The notes under the pieces are model-generated. The model ran no database searches. It saw nothing but the letters and a program-made list of their open reading frames with translations, and was not told where the DNA came from. A DNA stretch of 64,000 nt from Candidatus Bathyarchaeota archaeon. Its GTDB lineage: Archaea; Thermoproteota; Bathyarchaeia; Bathyarchaeales; Bathycorpusculaceae. The stretch lies in NCBI GenBank assembly GCA_963780185.1, contig CAWABA010000007.1, forward strand, positions 185,175 through 249,174. The letters are read 5' to 3'. Made by a program: the position numbers and the translations under genes. Each line of letters begins with the position of its first letter. Position 1 is the stretch's first letter. Shown piece after piece: positions 20,340-30,376 of this stretch.

Positions 20340-20790
20340 CCCAAGAAACCACATTTCTTAAACTCCCTGTTAAAAGGAGACACAAGAACCAACAGGAGAA
20401 GAACCATTTCCCCCAGAAGGTTCTCTCCCGTAGTTTCTATAGCCCCCTCAAGAACTGGACACATAAAAAAATGCAAGCATTTTTTATGAACCTAAACCCC
20501 CACACCAGAGACTCCTTTAAACCTTGACTCACTTACCTACTTTCCGTGTTCACCCGAACCCCACACGGCAATTTTTCAGTGAAAAATTGAGTAAAGCATT
20601 CCCAGGGGAATATCAATAAGCACATGGGAACACACAGGCGTCACCTGTGCTTCAGAAAGGCTTAACCCCTTCGGAAAACGAATGTCCCCAAGAAATTGAA
20701 TTTCTTGGCGTTTTCCCGCCCAGGGGAAGCCTTTCTTCGTGACATGCAATAGCCAATGCCGTAAATCGGCAATTAGGCTATGCCGTCATT
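20340..20790. other. Hairpin-rich non-coding region: candidate replication origin (dso/sso) or structured RNA
   Basis: Stems at 20395-20428, 20462-20488, 20544-20568, 20569-20589, 20633-20649, 20654-20736 (nested) and 20749-20781. Confidence 0.65.
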
Positions 20791-21134
20791 AAAACGCCAG
20801 CAACAACTCCACAGAGGAAAGACAGCCATGCAATAGGAACTTAGCCGACCAACGATTAACAGCGCAGAGCCGAGTCAAATAGAACTTAAGCCAAAAAATA
20901 AGCGTACAGCTCACCGCAAACGCAAATAGCCCGCCAATCGCACAACGCCAATTTTTCAGCAAAAACAGAAACCAACACAATCTTTACTTTCAAAAAGAAG
21001 ATTATTCAAAGAAAGATTAACAGAAAGAAAAAACAGATTAGACCAATAACCTAACAGCAAATTTACTAAGCAGTTAGCAACCTAAAAAACAAACTGTAGA
21101 AATGAAGAACACTTTAACCATTAAACAATTTAGA

Positions 21135-21150
21135 AATAACACTTATAACT
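21135..21150 (+). promoter_or_regulatory. BRE/TATA promoter for int(N)
   Basis: AAATAACACTTATAAC about 38 bp upstream of ATG 21186. Confidence 0.55.
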
Positions 21151-21185
21151 AGCCACATTCACAAGATACCCACAGATGAAGTAAA

Positions 21186-21263
21186 ATGACAGAAACAGCA
21201 ACACCCAATAAATTACTAAGGCTTAAGGCGAGTACTCCAACAGCTTCTGGGCATGAAGCCTAA
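21186..21263 (+). CDS. int: Integrase int(N) fragment
   Basis: MTETATPNKLLRLK then ASTPT read through attR in the same frame as int(C) at attL. Confidence 0.8.
   Translation: MTETATPNKLLRLKASTPTASGHEA
21226..21252 (+). repeat. attR, carrying the displaced original 3' end of the GT4 gene
   Basis: GGC GAG TAC TCC AAC AGC TTC TGG GCA TGA = GEYSNSFWA*, the same peptide as the gene end at attL. Confidence 0.95.
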
Positions 21264-21266
21264 ACG

Positions 21267-22625
21267 CTACTTGCCTATTACCCTTACGTTTTCAACTTGA
21301 ATCCACGGAGAAATCAGTTGCCCCATCTGCCGCTCGTTGCTGCCGACTAAACTCACGTTTTTGAGCACTTCATAAATGTTGCCTGCCAACATGACGCCTC
21401 TGCTGCAGTGGGTTATTTCGCCTTTCGTAATCTTCCAAGCTGGGGTCGCAACCACTGAGAACTCGCCACTGACTGGGTTACTGCTATGCGCACCCTGCAA
21501 GTAGTAGACTATTAGGCCGTCGTCAACTTCTCTTAGCATTTCATCTGCTGTTTTGTCTCCTGGCAAAATGTGAAAGTTTGTAGTGTCGATGCTGGGCGTT
21601 GACAAATATCCTGCGCGTCCTGCGTTTCCCGTGCTTTTTTTGCCTTCTTTTTTTGCTGAGTAGCTGTCATATAAGAAGCTGCGCAAAACGCCTTTCTCGA
21701 TGACTGCTGTTTTCTGGTGAGGCACACCCTCGCCGTCGAAGGCCCAAGTGCGAAGACCGCCAGGGAACAAGCCGTCATCGTAAACTGTTAGTTTTTCAGA
21801 AGCCACTTTCTCGCCGATTTTCCCCTTAAAGGCAGACTGATTTCTCTGCACGCTGTCGGCTCTGACTGCGTTAATTAGGGTGTAAGCAAAAAGGTCCTGC
21901 AGTGCAAACTGGGTTAGAATTAATGTGGTGCTTTTGGTTTCAACCGATTTGGTTTTTAATGCTGAAACAGCCAGTTTCGCCGCTTCTTTGCCAACCCAAA
22001 CTGGGTCAACCTCGTAACTTCTTGACGCATTGAATTCGAAGCAAACAGGCGTAACCGAGTTGCCTTCCTTTGCTAAGGTTGCTATGCTGCACTCGACAAC
22101 TGTGCCTTTGTCAAAACCCGAGATTCCGTTTGAGTTGGCGACGGCGTTGGAAATGTAAGCGCTGCCGATCCCGCCCTCGATTGGGAACACCCTCTTGTCA
22201 ACTTGTCCAGCGGCGTCCAGCATGGTTGCTGCGACTTTTACGAGTTCTTCAGACTCAAGTTCCACGATCCTTTCATCAAACGTTTTTTCGAGTGATGCGT
22301 AGGGTTTGTTTTCTGGTAGCCCCTTCCAGTCTGGGTCAGGCTTGCTTGCTTTCGCCGCGCTCAAAGCCCTAGCGATTACGCCCTCAACTGCTTTTGTGTC
22401 GTCGATTACGTTTGTGTAGCCGAAACCCATCGCTTTGTCGGCGACTACGCGGATGCCTAAGCCTCGGTCAATTATCCTGTTTGTCTTGCTGATTTGCCCC
22501 AGTTCTATGCCGATGTTTGTCGCTTGCCCCTCGTAAACGTAAGCCTCGGCTTCTGAAGCTCCCTTTTTCAAGGCTAAACTTACCGCGTTTTCAGCCAAAT
22601 TCACCATTACGTCTTTTTTAAGCAC
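21267..22625 (-). CDS. pmbA: TldE/PmbA family protein
   Basis: [26 protein letters not shown]; probable GTG start overlapping the tldD stop. Confidence 0.9.
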   Translation of the reverse strand: MLKKDVMVNLAENAVSLALKKGASEAEAYVYEGQATNIGIELGQISKTNRIIDRGLGIRVVADKAMGFGYTNVIDDTKAVEGVIARALSAAKASKPDPDWKGLPENKPYASLEKTFDERIVELESEELVKVAATMLDAAGQVDKRVFPIEGGIGSAYISNAVANSNGISGFDKGTVVECSIATLAKEGNSVTPVCFEFNASRSYEVDPVWVGKEAAKLAVSALKTKSVETKSTTLILTQFALQDLFAYTLINAVRADSVQRNQSAFKGKIGEKVASEKLTVYDDGLFPGGLRTWAFDGEGVPHQKTAVIEKGVLRSFLYDSYSAKKEGKKSTGNAGRAGYLSTPSIDTTNFHILPGDKTADEMLREVDDGLIVYYLQGAHSSNPVSGEFSVVATPAWKITKGEITHCSRGVMLAGNIYEVLKNVSLVGSNERQMGQLISPWIQVENVRVIGK

Positions 22626-24004
22626 TGCCACCGACAACAACCTCCTTAATGCTAATGTGGGGTCCTCCGTCACAAATGAAAGCAATCTGACCTTTACCGC
22701 ATCTGCCTGGATCGATGAGAAAATCTTTCCCGACGCCATCGACTTTGTTTAATGTTTCAAGCGTGTTTCCGCTTATTGAGGCGTCACGTACTGGCCCGCC
22801 TACTTCGCCGTTGACTATTTCGTAGCCTTCTTGGATTCCGACTTGGAAGGTGCCGTCAAGGTTAGCTTGTCCGCCCCTGAAACTCTTGAAGTAGAAGCCC
22901 TGCTTTACGTTTTCGACTAATTCTTCAAAGGAATGATCTCTGGGCTCCATGTAAGTGCAGCGCATTCGGATGATTGGTTCCACCCGAAAATCTTCGGCTC
23001 TCGCGTTGCCTGTGGGTTTAGCGTTAAATGTTTGGGCGGTTTCACGGTTATGCATTAAGCCTGCGACAACGCCGTTTTTTATAAGCAGTGTTTTCTGGGT
23101 TTGAACCCCTTCATCGTCGTATTTGAAGGCGCCAAAAGAACCTTCTATTGTGCCGTCATCATAGAACGTGACTAGATCAGACCCGATTTTCCTACCTAAG
23201 TTGCTTGCTAAGACGCCGCCTGAAAGAGCCAAGTCAGCTTCAGCCAGGTGACCAAACGCTTCATGAACAAAAACTCCAACAACGTTCGGACCCAAAACAA
23301 CGGGGAACCTTCCTCCCTTCAAAGATTTGGCGGCGAGCTGGTCAATCGCGCGTTTAGCTACTTTTTGGCCTAACTCTTCAGGAGGCTGCTCGTCGAACAC
23401 TTCGTAGCCTGCAGTGGAGCCTAGCTTCTTCTCGACTGGAAGTGAAGACGCCCCCTTCTTGGGCTGAACCCGCGATTCTTGCCCAAACATACAACTTGTC
23501 CTGCTCAATGCTTGAGCCGTCACTGTTAACAAAATAGCTGGTGCCCATCAAATCCAAATAATCAATCGTGAAACTCTTTATCCGTTTATCATAGCGCAAG
23601 CCCGTCTTGTTTACGGTCATGGCTGTTTTGATTTTGTCCTCCATTGAAATATCCGCTGGATTCTTCTTCGGCTTAGACCTGACGCGGTCAGTAACCACTG
23701 GTGCCTCGGCAATCTTAATCGGCTTCTTCAGATGCAAGCTCGCCATCTTCGCCATTCTGCAAGCATCAGAAACTGCGCCCTCCAAAATGGCAGGGTCCAA
23801 AGAGCCGACGGACGCAAATCCCCACGCCCCATTCACAAGTACGCGCAGTGCTACTCCGCTTTCAATTCCCTGTTTTGCCGCTTCCACCCGCTCCTCCTTA
23901 ATAGTTAGCATTGTTTTGTCCAGTTTCTGTGCGCGGGCTTCGGCGTATTGTGCTCCGAACTTTTGAGTGGCGATGTTGTTGATTTTGGTCAGAAGGTCTT
24001 TCAA
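22618..24004 (-). CDS. tldD: TldD metalloprotease (frameshift near 23425, likely a sequencing error)
   Basis: [23 protein letters not shown]; two ORFs join. Confidence 0.9.
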
Positions 24005-24105
24005 AGTTATCTGTCTCTTGCAAATTGAATATTTAACTAGGAATTCTTCTGTAGGACTTAAACCGTTTTGTCGCCTTATTCCCTCAGCGGAAAGCAGACT
24101 GCAGT

Positions 24106-25400
24106 CTACCAGAAATCATTCATGTTCAACTGCTTAACCGTTGCAACAGGCTGTCTAGGCTTGGCTTTGGGGGCATCGACTCCTAAAACAAGCTGGCCAT
24201 AGACGCCGTCGAACCCCGGGGTAACCTTTGCTTCGCCTTTCCTGACTTTGACTATGGCTTGAGCAATAGGCGCATCTACAATGCTGGCTAAAGCTTCCAG
24301 CGGCGCATCAATCAGCGTCGTGTACTCGTCGCCGAATTTTTCAGTAAGCAGGTTATAGTTTTTCCAAACCGCCTGCGTCGAGGGCGAATCGGTGCCGATT
24401 ACAGCCGCGATTATTTCGGAGAGCGGAAGCAGACGCATGAAGCCCGGAGCGTTTAGGCGTTTGAAATCGGCTGGTCTATCTGCAAGTTCTTCCACCCGTT
24501 GCTCCACGCCTTTTGTGAGTTTTCGTCGGCATACGGGGCAGACGTTGCCGAACTTCATGGCTTCGGAGGGTGAGAGGGATACTTTGCAGTTGCGGTGTCC
24601 AGTCCAATGGTACTTGCCATATGCGGGGTCAACTTCGATGGTGTATTTGAACCGTGCTGGGTCATTGGTGATTATGGCGTCGGTAACTTGCTGGTAGCTG
24701 AATTTTTCAAGTTCAAACACATTGGCTTCTCTTCCGATGCGCCACGGCCAAAAACTGTGGCAGTCACTGTTCGAAACCAAAGCGTACTTGTCTAAGCCGC
24801 TTATGCGCCAATTCATCGGCGGGTCACTGCTTAATCCAGTTTCCAACGCGTGTATGTGCCGTGTCATGTCTTGATAGCAGTCTTCAACCGTGTCAAAGCC
24901 GCTGAACGCCCCGAAAATACTGAACCAAGGTGTCCAAGCATGCGCAGGAAAAACCATGTTTTCGGCCTGAAACAGCCATAACTTCCTCAACAAGCTGCGG
25001 TGCAGAAACATCTAAGATTGGCCTGCCGTCTGACGCTAAATCGCCGAAACGTTTTAGGCGGTCATTGATTTGGGTTGCCGTCTCCATGCTCGGCGTTAAG
25101 ATGACGTGGTGGACCTTTTTGGATTCGCCTTTGTAGTCGAATATTGTGCAGACTTCGGATGTAAGCATGAAGCGAACAGGCGAATCAACATTGCCGGCTA
25201 ACTTGAATAGACCCGTGTTCTGGTCTGGGTGTTAGGGTTTCGTTGATTTCTTTGAGCCACAGCGGATGGGTGAAGTCGCCTGTGCCTACAAGGTTTAAGC
25301 CTTTAATTTTCGAGTAACGAGCAATTTCCGGAATACTCATTTGCTCGCTTGTTGCCCTGCTGTATCGACCATGAATATGCAAGTCAGCTATGACTCTCAA
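24106..25400 (-). CDS. PHP-domain endonuclease Q-family protein (frameshifted)
   Basis: DLHIHGRYSRATS, GTGDFTHP, PAHAWTPW, SNSDCHS, GKYHWTGHRNC, CPVC, PGFDGVYG. Confidence 0.88.
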
Positions 25401-25488
25401 TGTTAGCGCCCAATCCCTAACGTGGACTATTAAAGATTTTAAGGCTTCGCTAAATCAACGCGAAAACTGAAAGAAATTCAGTGGAGGC

Positions 25489-26069
25489 TCATTGGGGCTT
25501 GAGGTTTAGCTGATTAGTCCATGCAACCAGCGCTTCAATTAGCTGCTTAATGAGTGTTCGCGTCATCTCATTTGTTAAATGACCCTTAGCATCCACATTC
25601 TCAGCGGCTGAAGCCAGCATGACTTCGGGTTGATTAAACGGATACATATTAAACATAACAAACGACTGGCGAAGATGGTATTGCGCCCTAACTCCACCGA
25701 ACCTTCCAGTTGACGCACTCATGATAGCGACTGGTTTGCCAGAGAGCGCGTTTTGCCGAAATGGCCTTGAAGCCCAGTCCAGTGCGTTCTTCAACACGCC
25801 AGGGATTGAGTAGTTATATTCTGGAGTGGCGATGAGGAGTGCGTCGGCATTCCTGATTTTTTCTTTGAACTCCGCGACTTTCGGCGGCGGGTTGTTTTCG
25901 TTGTCTTGGTTGAAGGGCGGAATGCCTTCTAAATCGAAAACCTCGAAAGTGACGTTTTCGGGTGCAACTTCAACTGCCGCGCGGATCAAGGCTTTGTTGT
26001 ACGAGCCTTTTCTGAGGCTGCCTGCGAAGGCGAAGTATTTTGAATTGTTTTTGCGTTGAAAATCACCAT
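25489..26069 (-). CDS. NADPH-dependent FMN reductase (N-terminal frameshift)
   Basis: GSLRKGSYN, TPEYNYSIPGVLKNALDW, GGVRAQYHLR. Confidence 0.9.
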
Positions 26070-26144
26070 GGGATGTTAAGGGAACAAGCCGTTGACGGGA
26101 TTTAAGGCTTTCCAGTTGGCGCTTTTTCCCGTTCCTTTTGACCT

Positions 26145-26375
26145 ATTTTTGTGGTGGGTTTTGGTTGTAAATACTAGACCTCCCTCGGTCTGAAACCTCT
26201 TCGTCGGGGGCTTCTGCTTGGGGGTTGGGATGGGTTGCTTTTTGGGTTTTGGCTTAAATCCTTTAAGATTTTGAGCTAAAGAAACAGGGAAAACCATGGT
26301 TTCCGCTTGGGGTTTTGTAATATTACAAAAGTTTACTGGAAACCCCAACGGAATCAGCAAACAACACCTCGCGCA
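26145..26375 (-). repeat. Dispersed ~230-bp intergenic repeat, copy B (inverted relative to A)
   Basis: Reverse complement aligns to 13137-13357 with few substitutions and small indels. Confidence 0.92.
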
Positions 26376-26464
26376 TTTTTCCCTTGGCAGAAACCTTGAA
26401 AAAGCTTATTGGCAATAAACATAATAACATTCTTAACATCTACCTCAACAAGGAAGGTACCAAA

Positions 26465-26925
26465 ATGCCAACAAAAGTTCTGCTCCAAACAAATATGGGT
26501 GATATAACAATAGAACTGAGAAATGATATGCCAATAACCAGTGGCAACTTTAAGAATCTGGTTCAAAAGGGAACATTCAACAACACAATCTTCCATCGAG
26601 TCATCAAGGGATTCATGATTCAAGGTGGCGACCCAACAGGAACCGGATACGGCGACCCATCAATACCTGACATCAAAGATGAATTCACAGCCAACAACCG
26701 CAACGACAGAGGCACCATAGCTATGGCGAATGCAGGTCCAAACACAGGCAGCAGCCAATTCTTCATCAACCTAGTAAACAACAATTTCTTAGACCTCAAG
26801 CATCCGGCATTCGGCAAAGTCACATCGGGAATGGATGTCGTTGACAAAATTGCAGCTGTAAAAACAGACCAGAACGATAAACCCGACAAAACGTAACGAT
26901 AATTAGCGCCTCAGTCTTACCCTAA
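26465..26925 (+). CDS. ppi: Cyclophilin-type peptidyl-prolyl isomerase (frameshift near the C-terminus)
   Basis: FHRVIKGFMIQGGDP, AMANAGPNTGSSQFFIN. Confidence 0.93.
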
Positions 26926-27005
26926 GCCCTCAACGCTTTTCTCCAAATAAGCAACAGAGAAAAAACGTCGGCGTTATTTGCGCTAAAAATAAAAAGTTGG
27001 GGAAG

Positions 27006-27213
27006 CTATTTTTTCTTCTCTTCTTTCTCTTTCGGCTTAGAACCAATCTCCACTAGTTGAATGTTAATCTGGTATCTCTTCTCGCCGACCTGCATCTTTC
27101 CAGTCGCGTGAAAGCCTTTGCTTCCAGTACTAAAGTTCTTCAGATTCAAAATAAACTGCATTTTCTCTCCGTTTAGCTGTACTAGTCGCCATATTTGGTG
27201 GTTGCTCACTCAT
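27006..27213 (-). CDS. Small conserved hypothetical protein
   Basis: KNFSTGSKGFHATGK...RYQINIQLVEIGSK; likely N-terminal frameshift. Confidence 0.65.
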
Positions 27214-27298
27214 TTTCATAGTTACCTTTGTTTTGTCTCTATTCTCACTGTGCCTTTTCACCTTTTCGCTCCCGACCGAGCGCGAAATTCGAAGGCGG

Positions 27299-27776
27299 CT
27301 ATTTTCTTGCTTTCATCATCGATCGCAAATCCATCGCAATCATGAAAACAAAAGGCAGAGAAAGGAAAAGCGCTGAGAACACGCCGCTGTTGAAGACTTG
27401 AGCGTACCTGTTCGCGAGCAGGGTCTTCGGGTTTGAAAGGTCCCAGCCGAACCATTTCGCCGCGTCAAATAGCCCTGAAGCCGTCAACGTCAACACCAAG
27501 CCGATTAGGAATTGGATGAAAATCCGCCTTTGCTTGCCAAAAATTAGGTTGGAAATAACTGTGGATAAGACGAACATCCATGCGAAGGAGCAGATGAAAA
27601 CGGCGAGGCCAATGTTCGAGCTCAAAGTTGAAGCCAAATATGGGATCGGCGCCATTGAGGGAGGATGCAAGGGTGGTCAGTGCGGTTTTGGTAAAGATTT
27701 GGTAGGTCAGCATCAGAACCCAAGCTGCCGCCAACAAGATTGAGGTAACCAAGATTCTCCTAGCCAACCAAACCAC
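27299..27776 (-). CDS. Multi-TM membrane protein (frameshifted)
   Basis: Two overlapping hydrophobic ORFs join. Confidence 0.65.
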
Positions 27777-27896
27777 CCATGGCTCCTAATGGCAAACCAC
27801 GTTTAATAATATTTACCATACCGACTCAACAATTTTGTCCCAGCAACTGGTCGGTTTATTGAAAATTTTTTAGCTTGTGTTGCAATAGACCTAACC

Positions 27897-28127
27897 ATGA
27901 GTCAGTCACATCAAGTGCGTGTCAAACGGAGGGGACAGGTTACGATACCATCACAGATTAGGCTAAAGTTTTGCTTAGACGAGGGGACACTTTTAGAGGT
28001 TAAAGACGTTGAGGGCTCAATTGTTATGAAACCTATTCCTCGATTGGAACCTGGCAAAGCCGTTGGCGAAGAAGAGTATAAGCGAATTATCCATGAACTG
28101 GATCAGAGTCGGGAAAACTGGCGCTGA
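27897..28127 (+). CDS. AbrB/MazE-type (VapB-like) antitoxin, orphan
   Basis: VKRRGQVTIPSQIR...EG..L. Confidence 0.85.
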   Translation: MSQSHQVRVKRRGQVTIPSQIRLKFCLDEGTLLEVKDVEGSIVMKPIPRLEPGKAVGEEEYKRIIHELDQSRENWR

Positions 28128-28139
28128 CAAGCAATAGAA

Positions 28140-28383
28140 TGCGCAGGGTCGCATTATGCGTACAAAATTGATTTCCCCACTCCTAAATATCTCCGCAAAT
28201 TCGCCTTTGACACGATGATTAGCGAAGGGTTTAACGTTCCTGAAAGCGTTGCGGATTTTATCGAGGGATGAGTACCAAAAGAAAATCGGGGCAAAACATT
28301 ACACCGTGCTACTTAAGCAGGCGGATGGGTTCTATCCGAAATATGCCGATTATCTTTTTAAACTTAGAAGTGGGCTTTCGTAG
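28140..28383 (+). pseudogene. C-terminal remnant of an SSV1-like tyrosine integrase
   Basis: PKYLRKFAFDTMISEGFNVPESVADFIEG*VPK/IGAKHYTVLLKQADGFYPKYADYL; internal TGA and a frameshift. Confidence 0.75.
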
Positions 28384-28581
28384 GAAATAGGCTTGTAAGT
28401 TGCCAGGTCAACTTAACCAAATGTTCTGTAGGGGCATTTTGGGCATTTTAGAATTTTCGTGTATGTGATTAAACGGGCATCAGCAGAACCCGAATTATTA
28501 TTTTGCCCCGTGGATATAATGATGTTTTCCTCAACAAGCGTTGAATCGCAATCTGGGCATGTTGCCAACTAAATCTCCTCC

Positions 28582-29397
28582 TTATTTATTAACAGCTATT
28601 TTGTTGGTGGTTAAAAAATCTTCATATTGCTGAATGAGGTAAACGTGAATGTTGTTAATGATTTTCTCGGTCTCTGCGATGTCGTTTTGAAGCTTTCCAG
28701 ATGCTTCATAAACCTCTTTAATGTCTTGTTTTAACCAAACAACTTGCTTATTTTGTCTGGGAATGAGAAATTCCCCGTTTTGGTAAGATGAGGCTGACCT
28801 TGAAAAATGGACAATGCTGTCTCTGAGAGCGGTGATGTTAAGGTCAATCTTAGCCTTCCCATCGTTTATTGCCTTTTGGCCTTTCGCTTCAAGGAGTTGT
28901 GCGAGCGTTTTTTGTACGCTCGGCTCAACACGCTCTCTACCTCTCTTGTTTGTGACTTTCCGAGCTTCCCCTCTGAGAATAAAAACTATTCCCCATACAT
29001 GATACATTTGATAAAAGACGGAGCCAAGATGGAGATAGCTTGTCTCAAAAGCCTCCCAATGTTTGAACTTTTTTGTGCTGGAGTCAGTGAGCTTTAGTGT
29101 TTCTCTTAAAACCTCTTGTTGGAAATGAGCCCCTGCTAAATGGCAAAACAGCGAATAATGAGCCATGCAAAGCTCTTCGTAGTTCTGATTAATTTGTGCA
29201 ATATTCGTTCCTTTCGGAGATTTTGTAAAATCTAAACCATACGGAACGGGAATGTCCTTCCTTGGGTCGCCAATAAACTTAACCCAAAATTCACCGTAAT
29301 TGGGAAAATTTTTCGCTATTTCCTCTCCATAAAGTTGTTCCACCAAATCCTTTGTACCTTTAGTGAAATCACTCACTCTTAGCATCTCCCAGAACAA
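28582..29397 (-). CDS. Hypothetical protein with a HEPN-like Rx4H motif
   Basis: Helical-looking protein containing LRDSIVH; AT-rich island. Confidence 0.55.
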   Translation of the reverse strand: MFWEMLRVSDFTKGTKDLVEQLYGEEIAKNFPNYGEFWVKFIGDPRKDIPVPYGLDFTKSPKGTNIAQINQNYEELCMAHYSLFCHLAGAHFQQEVLRETLKLTDSSTKKFKHWEAFETSYLHLGSVFYQMYHVWGIVFILRGEARKVTNKRGRERVEPSVQKTLAQLLEAKGQKAINDGKAKIDLNITALRDSIVHFSRSASSYQNGEFLIPRQNKQVVWLKQDIKEVYEASGKLQNDIAETEKIINNIHVYLIQQYEDFLTTNKIAVNK

Positions 29398-29571
29398 GTC
29401 TCGTATTAGCTTATCAAAGTAATAAAATTTCTCACAGCGGCTTATGGCTGGAGGGAGGAGGCCCTATTGTTTCCCTGTGATACCTTTTTTTACACATTGG
29501 TGTCAAAAAAGTTTATCTGCTGGATGGCTAACAATATCTTATTATATCCATTGGATATGGGATAGATTACA

Positions 29572-29811
29572 ATGTCTGAAAAAGTCCTTGTGACATTACG
29601 CCAAGAACACCTCAAAGCTATTGACGAACTCGTAAGCCACGGCGCAGCATCAAGCAGAAGCGAAATGGTTGACAAGATAGTTGGCGGATTCTTAGCAGAT
29701 TTGAAGGCGGGAAAACAGAACAACGACACAGCGCTCGGAAACTTAGCAGGCTTCCTGTTACTCTTACTTGGCATCGCGGCAATCGCGAAAATCTTAGGCG
29801 ACGATAGTTAG
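29572..29811 (+). CDS. Ribbon-helix-helix (CopG-like) protein with a C-terminal TM helix
   Basis: VLVTL..EHLKAIDELV..G..SSRSEMV; hydrophobic tail. Confidence 0.7.
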   Translation: MSEKVLVTLRQEHLKAIDELVSHGAASSRSEMVDKIVGGFLADLKAGKQNNDTALGNLAGFLLLLLGIAAIAKILGDDS

Positions 29812-29825
29812 GGAGGTGAAAAAGA

Positions 29826-30182
29826 ATGGATGCAAAAGGTCACGCAATTTCGGGGGGCGTATTAGCAAGTGCTTTCTACTTGCTTTACAAATTGTCGAAA
29901 GACCAGCCGATAAACTTCTGGGAAGTCCTAGCGGTAGGATTAAGCGGAGCGGTAGTTGCGTTAGTTCCCGACATGCTTGAGCCTGCCACTAATCCTAATC
30001 ATAGGAGCCTATTCCACAGCGGTGCAACGTTGGGTTTGATTTCCTATGGTGGCAACAAAATATTGCAGAACACGCAACTCACAGAAAATCAGAAAGCTTG
30101 GCTGCTCTCCCTCGGCGTTGCATATGGAAGTCACCTTGCACTCGATGGAACGACGCCAAAAAGCATACCTCTGCTGATTTAG
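29826..30182 (+). CDS. YdjM-like metal-dependent membrane hydrolase
   Basis: H at N-terminus, PD, HRSLFHS, SHLALD.TTP. Confidence 0.8.
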   Translation: MDAKGHAISGGVLASAFYLLYKLSKDQPINFWEVLAVGLSGAVVALVPDMLEPATNPNHRSLFHSGATLGLISYGGNKILQNTQLTENQKAWLLSLGVAYGSHLALDGTTPKSIPLLI

Positions 30183-30376
30183 TGAAGGAACGGAAAGCAC
30201 ATACAATTGGCAGAAATGGCGAGTCTTAAGAGCGGATTTTGCTGCTCATTCTCTTTTCTTCTTTCCGAGTTAGTTGACGTTATTTCCAAAAACTCTGGAT
30301 TTAAGGCCACGAGAATTGTCACAGACGCACAATCAGAGCTTAAAATGGGTTGCATTTCCCGAGTGGGAAGAGGTGG

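Larger units (their letters stand above)
17115..21252. mobile_element. Integrated 4.1-kb plasmid-like element with split tyrosine integrase and HUH Rep
   Basis: 27-bp direct repeats at both ends, integrase and Rep motifs, compositional skew, host genes resume on both sides. Confidence 0.92.

Noticed and set aside
17146-21225. Provirus
   Set aside because: No recognisable capsid, spike or packaging ATPase; a satellite cannot be excluded
22626-22739. N-terminal extension of PmbA in the ORF track (likewise the extensions at 26384, 42776 and 11807)
   Set aside because: They overlap neighbouring genes or promoter regions; internal starts fit the family boundaries
13137-26375. Composite transposon bounded by the inverted repeat copies
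   Set aside because: The interior is housekeeping genes, with no transposase or target duplication
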